Source of the DNA: the human T2T-CHM13v2.0 reference genome, Homo sapiens
Strand: one strand, 5' to 3'
Assembly: GCF_009914755.1 (NCBI RefSeq)
Contig: NC_060925.1
Length of the DNA: 64,000 bases
Position 1 is the first letter of the stretch; every line of letters starts with the position of its first letter. The position numbers and the translations under genes were made by a program. The notes beneath the pieces are model-generated. The model ran no database searches and was not told the DNA's origin. It was given only the letters and a program-made list of their open reading frames with translations. This document shows, in pieces, positions 16,828 to 35,725 of this stretch.

Positions 16828-17840
16828 CTGAGTTTAAAAAAATATATTTGGAAAAAAAAAAAACAGCTGAAAAAAAGTCATTATCTATTTCCTATTTCTT
16901 AAACTTAAGAAAAATCCACAGGTACGCTTTTCTTGCTTTGCTAAAGTTTGGTATTTCTAGCTCTCTTTTCTTGTTTTCAAAAACTTCTGAATTTCCGATT
17001 TCATTTTAATTCTAAAGGAGGTAGCCATTAACCTCAATTTTACGTCCTTAATCTAGGTCTGTGATTGAAAAAAAAATCATGAGATAAAAACAAACGTACA
17101 AAGCTAAAACCGTGCATTTTCTTTCTCCTTGCAAGGAAGGAAGTAGTCAAAAATGGGATTCCAGGAGTCCTGGGACCTCTGTGCCATGGCAAGCGCTGCT
17201 TAACAAAATTACATCTACTCCCACACTCAAAGGTTATCATTTCCTGCAGACTTTATTGCCTCCCATTTGACTAATCTTGAAATCACACTGCATTAAAATA
17301 ATATTTTGTAAGCTGTGTCCAGCCATCACAAGACCACTGCCTTAAGTTATCAATTCAAAGTTATCAATTCAAACAGAAGATAAAGCAATCTACTGCTCAA
17401 TCTGAAAACCATCTCCAGTCAAGCACCAACTTCTTTGCTATTTGCAATTTATTTTGAAGATCCCCTTCAATCTTCAAAAATCCCAGAAGATATAAAAAAA
17501 TAATACTAGTCACCGCCACCCTGCCAGGACCTTTCTCCTCTGGCTCTACTTGTGGTTATACTTACTGTTGTTTCAGCTGTTCCCAAGCAGTAAGTTAGTG
17601 AACTTCACTTATCTACCCATATCGGTCATTACCCAGAAAACTATCTTTAAATTTCTAAAGTCATATGTTTGTTTCTGCACCCATTGGCAAGGTACCTACA
17701 GATTTATTAAGAGTAATAAAGCCATGAGCTTTCTAAATACATACTACACTTTCCATAATAAATGAATTTAGAAAGATGAATATAACCAGGCAGAGTACAG
17801 CTAGTGAGTAATAAAGCTGGGATACGAAACCAGGTCTATA

Positions 17841-19210
<1,370 letters not shown>

Positions 19211-20774
19211 TAATCCCCAAAAGATTATTTTGCTTTAACAGACTTGTTACCAGAGAAATGGGGTCAGAATGTAAACATGTATTTCCTTCTGGGTGGGCTG
19301 TTAATTTAAATTTCCCGTGAGTCTATGAAAACTTATTCTAACGTGCCCATCCTCAGACACAATTAGGGAATTTATTTTTAAAAATGAAAGAAAAAGGTTA
19401 ATTGGATTATCAAACCTTAACTTAGTAAGTCCTTATGTGAAATACAACGTAACCATAAAAAAGATTAAGGTAGATTTCCATGACCTGATTTGGAAAGAAC
19501 TCCACGGCAACTACAATATTTAAATGGTTTCCTTTTTATGCTTTAAAAAAAAAAAAAGAGAGCTTCTTTGTGTGTGGTATAACCCCATGTGGTTATGAGG
19601 AAACAATAATGGGAATGCACACACAAACTTTACTATTAAATGAGCAGAGGAGACCACAGACACTGTGGGTGCACGGCTTCATTCTGATGTGGGGGTACTT
19701 TTAGGTAGTGACTGGCTTTTACGTGGGATGAGTGTTTTTCATATGACAAGGAAAGAACAACCCAAATTCATTTCTGAGATCAGAATAATATTAAATAGTC
19801 ATTTTACTGTAGTCTAGTTGGTAATAAAAATATATAGTCCTTCACTCTACTTGTTAGCTGAGTTTCTAAATATAATTTCCTATTATTCTAATAATTACTA
19901 CCATAGTAGTTGTTAATATATCATTAATATTAACTATGAATATTAATACAATTAATTAAATTAATGTAATGAATGATAATGAAGTAAATATACTTGAATA
20001 TTGTCTATGACCTCAAAATAGTTAAATAAATTTGGGTTGCTCTTTTCACTGGGACACATAAATTGTTAGAAATTAAACTTGTATCCTGCAATGAAACATG
20101 TTATTTCTTAAATTTTAAGAGAAAGCCAATCAACTAAATCCATTCTATGAGCAATACCTCCCAAAACAAGATCAAAGCAGTCAAGAGAGATTCAATTCAG
20201 TAAACATAACTAGAATATCTAAAACTCAAAGATTCTTTGGTAAAAAGAGAAATCTAGTTAACAATGAATTTAGATACTGGATAAATGACCCTCAACCCCT
20301 CACCCTCAATCTAGTTCAAACTGTATATAATACTTTGGGCCTCAGGACATCTCAAGAAGTACTTTCAAAATAACAAAACAAAACACAGCCCATCGTCTAA
20401 GCAAACTAGGTGTAATAAACAAGGTAAGCTATAGGAAGGTTATTCACTTAAAGGAATAAAAAGTAAAATGGGTAAGAAAGCTTGATATATATAATATCTG
20501 TATTATAAAGCTTGTTATATAATATCTGCAACAAATACTGAACTCTAGGATAGTAAATCTTCCAATGGAATATAATCCAATGACTAATTCACACAAAACC
20601 TGTGATACATTAAATACATACAACACGTTAGAAATATATAGGGGTTTTGTTATAAAAATATGAAAATTTAAATCAAGGACTTTCCAGGTTAAAATGATGT
20701 TTAAAACTGCATTTACTTTAAGTGCCTCATGAAACATCATCAAATCACAATAAAGAATTAAAAAAAAAAAAACT

Positions 20775-25040
<4,266 letters not shown>

Positions 25041-25347
25041 AACCATAGATAGCCCTAACAAGATGAAGAAGAAGAAACATACGAGCACTATTCTCAAAGT
25101 GTTTAACTTGGACAATGACAGTCATGGGAAACAACTGAAATTCAATACTTCAAATTCAAAAGCACTTCAATGGAACAAGTGACAAGAAGTTTCTTTTCCA
25201 ATGATTTCCTCTAAATATGGGGAAATTCTATTAAAAAAAATTTTTCCCAGGTAAGATGTGAGAGATACTGGCATGAAAGCCAGGCAGTAGAAGCTAAAAG
25301 TAAAAAAAAGGACAATAAAACAGAATTCATTTATGCTTCTAGCTTAC

Positions 25348-25416
25348 CATGTGGACACAGAATATCTTCATTAAAATTTAATTCCTCCTCTTCTTTTCTT
25401 TCTTCCTTTGATTCAT
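25348..25416 (-). CDS. USP48: USP48 exon 15 (69 nt): DESKEERKEEEELNFNEDILCPH
   Basis: TAG acceptor; ATG|GTAAGC donor; frame continuity. Confidence 0.95.
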
Positions 25417-25844
25417 CTAATCAAAAGAAATACAAATGATATCTGCTGTGGTTATTGTGTACTTAAAGTTGAAAGTAGCAGATATACTACTCTGCACAAT
25501 TTGGAACAAAGAAAACTTTAAAACTCTGAAAATTAGACCCATGTGATTCCTACACAGTTCTGCTAAAAAGTGTTATATTTCTTTCCCTTAAAAGGAAAGA
25601 GGAACATCTCAATGACAGTTAACTTTTAAAGATTTAGGTTATGCAAGAAAATGTGCTTTTTTAAATTCAAAAAATGGAATTCTTCTATTAATTCTAGTCA
25701 AAGTATCGAGAATACTGTGTCATAAACCAAGTTAATCATCTACATGTCATGTCATGGCATGTCATTTTCACCTACCTACACTTTTTGGGGGTGAACACAA
25801 AGCATTAAAGGCAAATTAAATAAGGACTTAACCTTTATCATCAA

Positions 25845-26550
25845 ACAGAGTACTCCCCGCTGATCAGTCAGGGCATATGTTCTAAGACCCTCAATGGATG
25901 CCTAAAACCTACCACCGAACTCAATAAACATCCATTGGCACATTTCTGTTCATGTCTTCCACCCACAAGTTTAATGCCTTTTCCATCTTAACTCACACTG
26001 TGGCCATAACTTACAGTTTGTAGTGTGACAGCAAAACTAGCATGAATTTTTTTCCTTCTTAATCTCACAGACAGATTTGTTCCTATAGATCTTAGTAACC
26101 TCAGCATATGATTTTTTTTCTTTCCTTATTTAAATCAAGAACTTACTTCCACCGTTCCACTTAAAGGAAGCACTTTGTGGCTTCTTTTTGACATACCTGA
26201 ATTGCCAACATTACCACTCTTCCACTTTGAGATCATTATTAAGTAAAATAAGGGTAACTTGAACACAGGCACTCCTACAGTCAATCTGAGCACCAAGAGG
26301 GTTGCTAGGTGACCAGTCAGTAGCATGTATAGCACAGATAAGCTGGACACAGGGAAAACTCATGTCGCAGGCAGGATGAAGCAGGAGGGTATGAGATACA
26401 ATATCATCATGCTACTCAGAACAGTGTGAAATTTAAAACTTATGAATTGTTTACTTCTGGAAGTTTCCATGTAATATTTTCAGACTGCAGTTCACTGCAG
26501 GTTAACTGAAATCATGAAAAGCAAAACCTTGCATAAGGGTGGACGACTAT
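25845..26550. mobile_element. TcMar-Tigger DNA transposon derivative (MER44/Tigger7-like)
   Basis: Degenerate termini (tactccccgctgatc... / ...gcataagggtggacgactat) and internal cacttaaaggaagcacttt motif; subfamily from memory. Confidence 0.7.
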
Positions 26551-26706
26551 ATAATAAAAACTTTGCTTTTGCTGTTAACATTTCTCTTCCAGTATCTGCT
26601 TTTCTTACTTTTTTACACTGTGTCACTATCAATTTATAGTTGTATATACTGGGAACAGGATCAAATGAAGAATCCTTAAGTATGATTAAAATCATTATCC
26701 ATGGGG

Positions 26707-29700
26707 GCCAGGCGTGGTGGCTCACGCCTGTAATACCAGCACTTTGGGAGGCTGAGGCGGGTGGATCACGAGATCAGGAGATCGAGACCATCCTGGCTAA
26801 CACAGTGAAACCTCGTCTCTACTAAAAATACAAAAAATTAGCCAGGCATGGTGGCGGGCCCCTGTAGTCCCAGCTACTCAGGAGGCTGAGGCAGGAGAAT
26901 GGCGGGAACCCGGGAGGCAGAGCTTATGGTGAGCCCAGATGGCGCCACTGCACGACAGAGCGAGACTCCGTCTCAAAAAAAAAATAATTATCCATGGGTT
27001 TTCCAGGTTAAGAACTTCACACATTTTTACTACAATTAATACAAAAAATATCTACTAATCATTCAAAAACTGAAGTAGAGGCCAGGCACAGTGGCTCACG
27101 CTTGTAATCCCAGCACTTTGAGAAGACAAAGGCAGGCAGATCACATGAGCCCAGGAGTTCAAGACCAGCCTGAGCAACATGGCGAAACCCCATCTCTACA
27201 AAAAGTACAAAAATTATCTGGGCGTGGTGGCACGCACCTGGGGTCCCAGCTACTCAGGAGGCTGAGGTGAGAGGACTGTTTGAGCCCATGAGGTGGAGGC
27301 TGCATTGAGTTGCAATTGCGTCACTGCTCTCCAGCCAGGGTGAAAGAGAGAGATCCTGTCTAAAAAAACAAAACAAAACAAACAAAAACAAAACAAATAA
27401 AAAAAAACCCAACCAACCAAACAAACAAAAAAACCCCACAAAAATCAAGTAAAAAAATGGGCAAAGGAAGGATACAACCAGATAATTCTGTCTCCTCTTT
27501 TTCTCTCTGTCACACACACAAATAACTTCTCAAGCCTAAGAAGATGGTCAACCTCAATGACATTTTGAAAAACATTAAGCCTCAACACTGCTAAGTCTAA
27601 CTTCCTATATCAGGCTGATAAAAACTGATGTGACTGCCGGGCACGGTGGCTCATGCCTGTAATCCCAGCACTTTGGAGGGCTGAGGTGGGCAGATTAAGG
27701 TCTGGAGTTCAAGATCAGCCTGGTCAACATGGCAAAAACCTCTCTCTGCTAAAAATACAAAAATTAGCCCACTGTGCTGGTGCATGCCTGTAATCCCAGC
27801 TACTCCAGAGGCTGAGCCCAGGAGGTGGAGGTTGGAGTGAGCCGAGATCACACCACTGCACTCCAGACTGGGCAACAGAGGGAGACTCCGTCTCAAAAAC
27901 AAAACAAAACAAAACAAAACTGATGTGACGGATGTATTCTTTATGTTGACAAAAGCATGCAAAAATGAACCCCCTAATATGCATATATTGAAGAAAATTT
28001 ACCAATATGTGTCAGTATGTGGCAATTGTAAGTATTTATAATTCTCTGATCCAGCAATTTCTAGGAACTTATTTCTCAGAAATAATCGGAAAATTCTGTA
28101 ATGATGTAAGTACAGGACACAAAAGGACCCTCACTGCATCTGTGTGTACATAGTCATGTAAAAAATTAAAATAGAATCAGATAAACATAATGGATCCACA
28201 AAACAAAATGCAATTAATCAATAAAAAGGGCTGTATGTTTTGACAGGGAGAGATGTACAACTGTGCCCATATGAGCTGTATTATAAAAAGCCACTATTTA
28301 CAGTGATTGTATCTGGTGGGAAGGCTTTGAAGTTCTACTTTGTCACATTTGTGCTGCTTGAAGCTTTTGAAATGTTTTAATGGGGGAAGGAGAATAGAGA
28401 CATATTACTCTGAAAGCAACATGAAAAATACTTTTAAGCTATGCCAACATGAAGGCACTTTCTATTATGGCATCCAATTTTACTAAAAATGAAGGGACAC
28501 TGATATATAAAGAGGCCTTTTTCTTTTTTTTTTTTGAGACGGTGTCGTGCTCTGTCGCCCAGGCTGGAATGCAGTGGTGCCATCTCAGCTCACTGCAACC
28601 TCCTCCTCCCGGATTCAAATGATCTCCTGCCTCAGCCTCCTGAGTAGCTGGGATTACAGGTGCATGCCACCACGCCTGGATAATTTTTGTATTTTTAGTA
28701 GAGAAGGGGTTTCACCATGTTGGTCAGGCTGATCTCGAACTTGTGACCTTGTGATCTGCCCACCTCGGCCTCCCAAATTAAAGAGGTTTTAAAAAGCAGT
28801 AAATAAATATTTAACACTAAGTCACATGTTATCATTAAAATTATAGTACGGTTTTTCAAATGACAGGATACTAGAACTCAAATTGATGTTAAGTTCATGA
28901 ATTATATAGCACAATAAAACATTTTAATCAAAAGTAAAAACTCAGCTGGGTGCAGTAGCTCACACCTGTAATCCTAGCACTTTGGGAGGCCAAGGTGGGC
29001 AGATCACTTGAGCTCAGGAGTTCAAGACCAGCTGGCCAACATGGTGAAACCCCATCTCCACTAAAATACAAAAATTAGCCGGGCATGGTGGCACATGTGT
29101 AATCCCAGCTACTTGGGAGGCTGAGGCAGGAAAATCACTTGAACTGGGCGGAGGGACGGGGGGCGGGGGGGCAGAGGTTGCAGTGAGCCAAGATCATGCC
29201 ACTGCACTCCAGCCTGGGGGACAGAGTGATATTCCATCTCAAAAAAGTAAAAAAAAAAAAAGTCTCAAAAAAGAAAATAAAAGTAAAAACTCTTCAAGTT
29301 TGAAAATGTTAATCACAGCTCAAAGAGTTTAAAACTAATACTGGGTTGGTTTTCCCAAAAAGTAAGGTAGTGAGATAGGAAGATCAATACCAAATAAAAT
29401 AAATATAATATAAAGTGACAGAAATGGGCGAGGCTCAGTGGCTCACACCTATAATCCCAGCACTTTGGGAAGCCAAGGTGGGAGGATCGCTTGAGCACAG
29501 GAGTTCGGAGACTAGCCTGGGCAACATAGTGAGGCCTTATCTCTAGAATTTAAAAGAAATAAAAACTGGTCAGGCACGGTGGCTCACGCCTGTAATCCCA
29601 ACACTTTTGGGAGGTCAGGAGTTCAAGACCAGCCTGGCCAACATGGTGAAACCCTGTCTCTTCTAAACATACAAAATTAGCTGGGCGTGGTGGTGTGCAC

Positions 29701-30937
29701 CTGTAATCCCAGCTACTCGGGAGGCTGAGGCAGGAGAGCCGCTTGAACCCAGGAGGCAGAGGTTGCAGTGAGGCGGAGATTGCAGGGAGCCGAGACTGCG
29801 TCACTGCACTCCAGCCTGAGCAAAAAGAGCAAAACTCCATCTCAAATAAATAAATAAATAAAATAAAAACTTAAAAAATAAAAAATAATGATACAAATGA
29901 TATGAAATGCTTGAATGCAGAAAATACAGAATATTTCAATAAAGGTCAAGAACATTAAAGTAATAAATTTCCTTGACATCTTATGAACCACTGATTATAG
30001 AATTAAATTTAGTGTTTGCTTTAAAACAACATAATTTCTGATTTGAAAGCATAGGAAACTCAGAGGAATTTACAAGGAAAAAGCTATTTAAAAGCTGCCC
30101 TCTCTATTTGATGAAAGATAAAGAAGTACAAGCTCATTTACTTGACAAAGGCAGTGTGGCAGATAATCCAAAACCAAAATGTACTGAGCATACAATATAT
30201 TATGCCAATTTGCAGTAGACTTAACCTTTCTTGAAACTCTTAGCCTAGAACAGAATTAATATTAATTTTGCATGTGATTAACTAGAGAGAGCTTGAGCCC
30301 GAAGCATGATAGGTTATAAAGGAAAATTTCACATGTGAGTTGCTGAGTCCTTGCTGAATTTCAATAGCTTAAAAATCTTTTATTTGCTCTGAGCTACTTG
30401 TGAGAGCTTGTAGTTTAATAAAAGTTGTCTTTAAAATTACATGGATGGGTATGAAACCAATTTTGCTCATTTTTTGGGTTTTTCTTTTTCTTTTTTTTTT
30501 TTAAGAGACAGAGTCTCGCTCTGCCGCCCAAGCTGCAGTGTAGTGGCGCAATCTTGGGTCATGGTAACCTACAACTCCTGGGTTCAATCGATTCTACTGC
30601 CTCAGCCTCCCGAGTAGCTGGGACCACAGGTGTGCAACACCACTCCTGGCTAATTATTTTTGTATTTTTAGTAGAGACGGGGTTTCACCATGTTGCTCAG
30701 GCTGGTCTTGAACACCTGACCTCAAGTGATCAACCTGCCTCGGCCTCCTAAAGTGCTGGGATTATAGGCATGAACCACCGCACCCAGACTAAAATTGTTT
30801 TTTAGGGAAACAGGGTCTCACTCTGTTACCCAGACTGGAGTGCAGTGGGGCTGGCACAACCGCTGGGCTCAAGTGATCTGCCCGTCTGAGCCTCCCAAGT
30901 AGCTGGGACTACACGAATGAGCCACCGTGCCTGGCCC
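26707..30937. mobile_element. Dense Alu cluster of intron 14 (about 9 full or partial copies, both strands)
   Basis: Alu starts near 26707, 27079, 27636, 28945, 29427, 29570 (+) and 28519-28778, 30490-30790, 30800-30937 (-). Confidence 0.88.
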
Positions 30938-30994
30938 ACTTATATTTTCATGGTATAGTTTCACAATGATCTACACATAGGTTTAAAGTGTTAC

Positions 30995-31125
30995 CTTTAT
31001 TTAAGGTGCTACCGTTCATCTTTCCGTTGCTTTGTTCTGCATCACCATCTTGCTCATCCAGCTGTTCAAGAGCTAGCTGGCGCCAACTCCGCAAGGAGGA
31101 CTTCCCCACCCAAAATCCATCGCTG
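30995..31125 (-). CDS. USP48: USP48 exon 14 (131 nt): [43 protein letters not shown]
   Basis: ORF 30948..31223; CAGCAG acceptor; AAG|GTAACA donor. Confidence 0.96.
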
Positions 31126-31608
31126 CTGTGGAACAGAGAGAATGTTAAATCATATAAGTAATATTTCCAAACACTGTCCTCCCTTCTTTGCCTGTAAAAA
31201 CAACTAAAGTGAATTACAAACACTCAACATCAGCTACTGTACATGTAATTGATTTTAACCCACTTCCTAATTTCGGTCATTTTCTCTGTTCACTATTGAA
31301 CTGCAGGGATCTAATATTTTGTTTCCATTCTAAATATTATCCTGCTTTTCCTACCTTCAAGCCAATCACACCAATCAAATGGTAGGATGGAATACAGTGG
31401 CAAAGGCTATCTGACTCAGCAGTTTTCTTTATCGTTGCCACAGGGGCAGTCATTGCAAAATTTACTTTTGATCTGGCTCTACCATCCACTTTATCACCCT
31501 TCTTCTAAAAATCCCAACTTCCTATTTTTAATAAATAACGAGATGCTTGGTTATGACCTCTTGAAAACTTCTTAGTTTATCATTAACAATGTACACTGTG
31601 CAACATAC

Positions 31609-31723
31609 CCCTTTACTGCTGCTTTCAGCAGATTATTAACAGTTTTATAATCTTCATTTAGTTGGTTCTTCAGACGCAATATGCGACAACGTTCTACTAC
31701 ACATTCCTTACACAGGGCTTTCA
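31609..31723 (-). CDS. USP48: USP48 exon 13 (115 nt): [39 protein letters not shown]
   Basis: ORF 31572..31760; TAG acceptor; GG|GTATGT donor. Confidence 0.96.
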
Positions 31724-32221
31724 CTACAGGCAAGAAAGAATGAAAGGAAATATATTTCATTCAAACAGACTTCCTGTTAGGAAAATGTTTTCAGCACTTC
31801 ACAAACACAGACACATTCTAAACCAAAGTCACAAATGTTGGCAATATGGCAAATTGGTATATACCCTAAATTATTTTACTAAGACAATTAGAAACCAAGA
31901 CGGCAATACTGTTATCTGAATAAAGAACAATGAGAGACAAAATGTTGTATTACATTAAAAGTATCTAAATACAGTATCTGACAAGGTTTACATGCAATCT
32001 TTACAAGATGATAATCAAATCACTGAGGTTCTAAGGTGGGGGGGTTAAATATAGCTGATAATTATAAATAATGATCTTCATGTGAAAGTGATCTTCAAAG
32101 CACACTAAAAGGAAAAGCAAAATGAAGGGCCTGGTTTAAAACACAAAGAAGTTTTAGGAATCATCTAAAATGTGAACGCTCTTCCTATTGCATGGTTTAT
32201 TCATTGTGAATTAAGAACAGT

Positions 32222-33490
32222 GGCAGGTATAGTGGCTCATACCACCAAGAGCTTTGGGAAGCCAAGCAGGGAGGGTAGCTTGAGGACAGGAGTTTGAGAC
32301 CAGCCTGGGCAACATAGTGAGACCCTGTCTCTACAAAAAGTGTAAAAATTAGCAAGCCATGGTGATGTGTGCCTGTAGTCCTAGCTACTTGGGAAGCTGA
32401 GGTGGGAGGACTGCTTAAGCCTAGAAGTTCTAGGCTGTAGTGCACTACGATTCCACCACTGTACTCCAGCTGGGGCAACAGAATAAGACTCTGTCTCAGA
32501 GAAAAAAAAAAAAAAAACAGGGGCCAGATATGGTGGCCCATTCTTGTAATCCCAGCACTTTGGGAGGCCGAGGCAGGTCAATCACTTGAGCCTAGGAGTT
32601 CAAGACCAGCCTGGGCAACATGATGAAACACCATCTCTACAGAAAATACAAAACTTAACCAGGCATGGTGGTGCATGTCTGTGGTCCCAGCTACTTGGAA
32701 GACTGAGACGGGAGCCTGAGGAGGTTGAAGCTGCAGTGAGCTGTGATTGCACCACTGCACTCCAGCCTGGGCAACAGAGTGAGACACTGTCTCAAAAAAA
32801 CAAAAACAAAAATTCCCAGAAATTTAGGAAGCAAAACTCCAGTCGTGTTTAACAGAAGGCCTGCAGCATGTAGTTAAATATCAAGTTTTATGCAATAAGT
32901 TGTATACCATTAGAAAACAGCACTTAATTACAGAAAAAGTGTATTGGGGAGGGAGGTGTCATGTAATTTCCTACAGCCTCATCTGAAAATTGGAGGGAGG
33001 ATTGTGTTGGCAGCTACTCATGTAAAAAGAAAAATGTTTCAAGGAGGCACAACAGAAAGGCAGCCAAAACAAAATACTATGGTTGGGTACTATGTGGTCA
33101 TATATAGCTCTATATTTAAGGGAGAATCAAGTAGCTTCCATTCATAAACTAAGTAACCATCTACAGCTCACACACTGTTAGAAGTCACCATAGCTGGGCG
33201 GGTGTGGTGGCTCTTGCCTGTAATCCCAGCACTTTGGGAGGGCGAGGTTGAGTGGATCACTTGAGCCCAGGAGTTTGAGACCAGCGTGGGCAACACAGTG
33301 AAACCCCGTCTCTACTAAAAATACAAAAATTAGCTGGGCATGGTGGTGCGCACCTGTAATCTCAGCTACTCGGGAGGCTCGAGAATCACTTGAACCCAGG
33401 AGGCGAAGGTTGCAGTGAGTCGAGATTGAGCCACTGCACGCCAGCCTGGGTAACAGAGTGAGACTCCATCTCAAAAAAAAAAAAAAAGAA
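32222..33490 (+). mobile_element. Three Alus in intron 12
   Basis: Alu consensus at ~32222, 32522 and 33195. Confidence 0.88.
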
Positions 33491-33856
33491 GTCACCATAA
33501 CATGGAGGCACAAACTTGCAATTAACCAGACAAGGGCTCAAGTACCTTAAACAGTATTACACAGAGTAACAAACTACTACCAGACAGTTTTCTTAAAAGG
33601 GTCCTATTTTGTCTGCTTTGAGAGGGGTTAAAAGAAACAAACCAAAAAAACAAACCAAAAAACCCCAACCAACCCTCTATGAATAGCATCAGTTGCTTAA
33701 CTTCTACTTTATTTAGCAAATCCTTTGTGGAAAGTGTAAGGAATATTTGGTCTAGCATAGTTTGGGTCAAATCATCATAAGCCACACTCATAAAGACCAT
33801 AAGATGAAGATTTAATGAGCTGCTCTTTTTTAAACAGAGAGGACATCTTGAATTAC

Positions 33857-34054
33857 CAGTTAGTCTTGGACCTCCTCCATATCTACTATAGAAAATGTCA
33901 GCTGCATATTCAGATATCCTCTTCATAATTGATATTTTATCCGGGTGAAGCTTGTCATGGGAACACAGGCAAGCGTGATTATCAATAGGTTTGGTAGGTG
34001 TTGATTCATCCAACCACTTTTGCAGCCATTCCAGAGAGACAAACTCATAGGGCT
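33857..34054 (-). CDS. USP48: USP48 exon 12 (198 nt): [17 protein letters not shown]...LCSHDKLHP...RYGGGPRLT (DUSP1)
   Basis: Within ORF 33522..34142; CAG acceptor; CTG|GTAATT donor; DUSP YGGGP motif. Confidence 0.97.
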
Positions 34055-35149
34055 CTGAGAAAGCAAGCATCGGAAAGAGCCTATGTATTTTTACAGTTTT
34101 TTGACTAAGTGATACATTCATTTTTCTCAAAAGACAATGCAAACTCTGTCCAGAGTTAGCAGAATCAGAAGAATCATTGTCTGGGGGAAGATGTTTGATG
34201 AGTACGACACAAAGCTCCAGTTAAGTGCCACTCCTATGAGTTCAAGGAGCTGTGCACCATAATGCTGAGTCTGCACAGTGCCCTATGAGATCGGCTGGTA
34301 TTATTAACCACATTCTACAAGAGGCATCCACATAGAGTCTTGCCGAATAGCACAGCAGAGCTTTGATCAGGACACCCATGTTTGTTGACTACAAGTCATG
34401 CTCCATTGCTGCCTCACAAATAACACAACCTCATGCCCTACTGTGTTTATTTCATAAATTATTTTTGTCAGTACTTTTCACATATATGTGATATACATCT
34501 GAAAATTAAAATGAGAAGCCAAACTGAAATAAACCTCACCGACTATGACCACACTTCAGAAGACGCTTTTAACCACTGAACTTTCTTCATCCAAGATGAT
34601 ACTGATGGCAATTTTGAAAAGGTATTTAATTCCCCCACCCAAATCCAAGTCATGATCTCTTCATTATATTATTATTTATTTCAAGAAAGTAACCTATTTT
34701 AAACAAGTTCGAGGATAAAGTACACTAGAACTGAGTCATCAATTTTGAAGTTGCAAAAATTAAAAGACAAAACCAAACACCTCAAAATGAGTTTTAATTT
34801 GGGGAAAGGAAGTCCCTAGAATTCCCTAAAAGCCAAAATCAAAGATAAAGGGCCAGCTTTGATTACTTACAAAGATCTCCAGTGAGTCCCAGCATAAAAC
34901 ATAGAAGAAAACATACAGAGGTTGAATTTATATTTTTGTATTATATACTCCTTCTGATGAGATCTGAGGGACAGATACTTCAACGCAAAGCCCATTGTGA
35001 CCAGTTTTATACTCCCCAGAGAGTTACATGTCTAGAAAACTAACTCCCATTTTAATTTTACAGTAAACCATCTCAATTTTTATGAAAACAAAATTTGGCA
35101 CTGTACATCATCAACTAAGAGCCTTCTAACTGGTCAAGTCGAATGTGGC

Positions 35150-35725
<576 letters not shown>

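Noticed and set aside
33522-34142. 206-aa ORF
   Set aside because: Only 33857-34054 is the exon; the flanks are intron sequence that happens to be open
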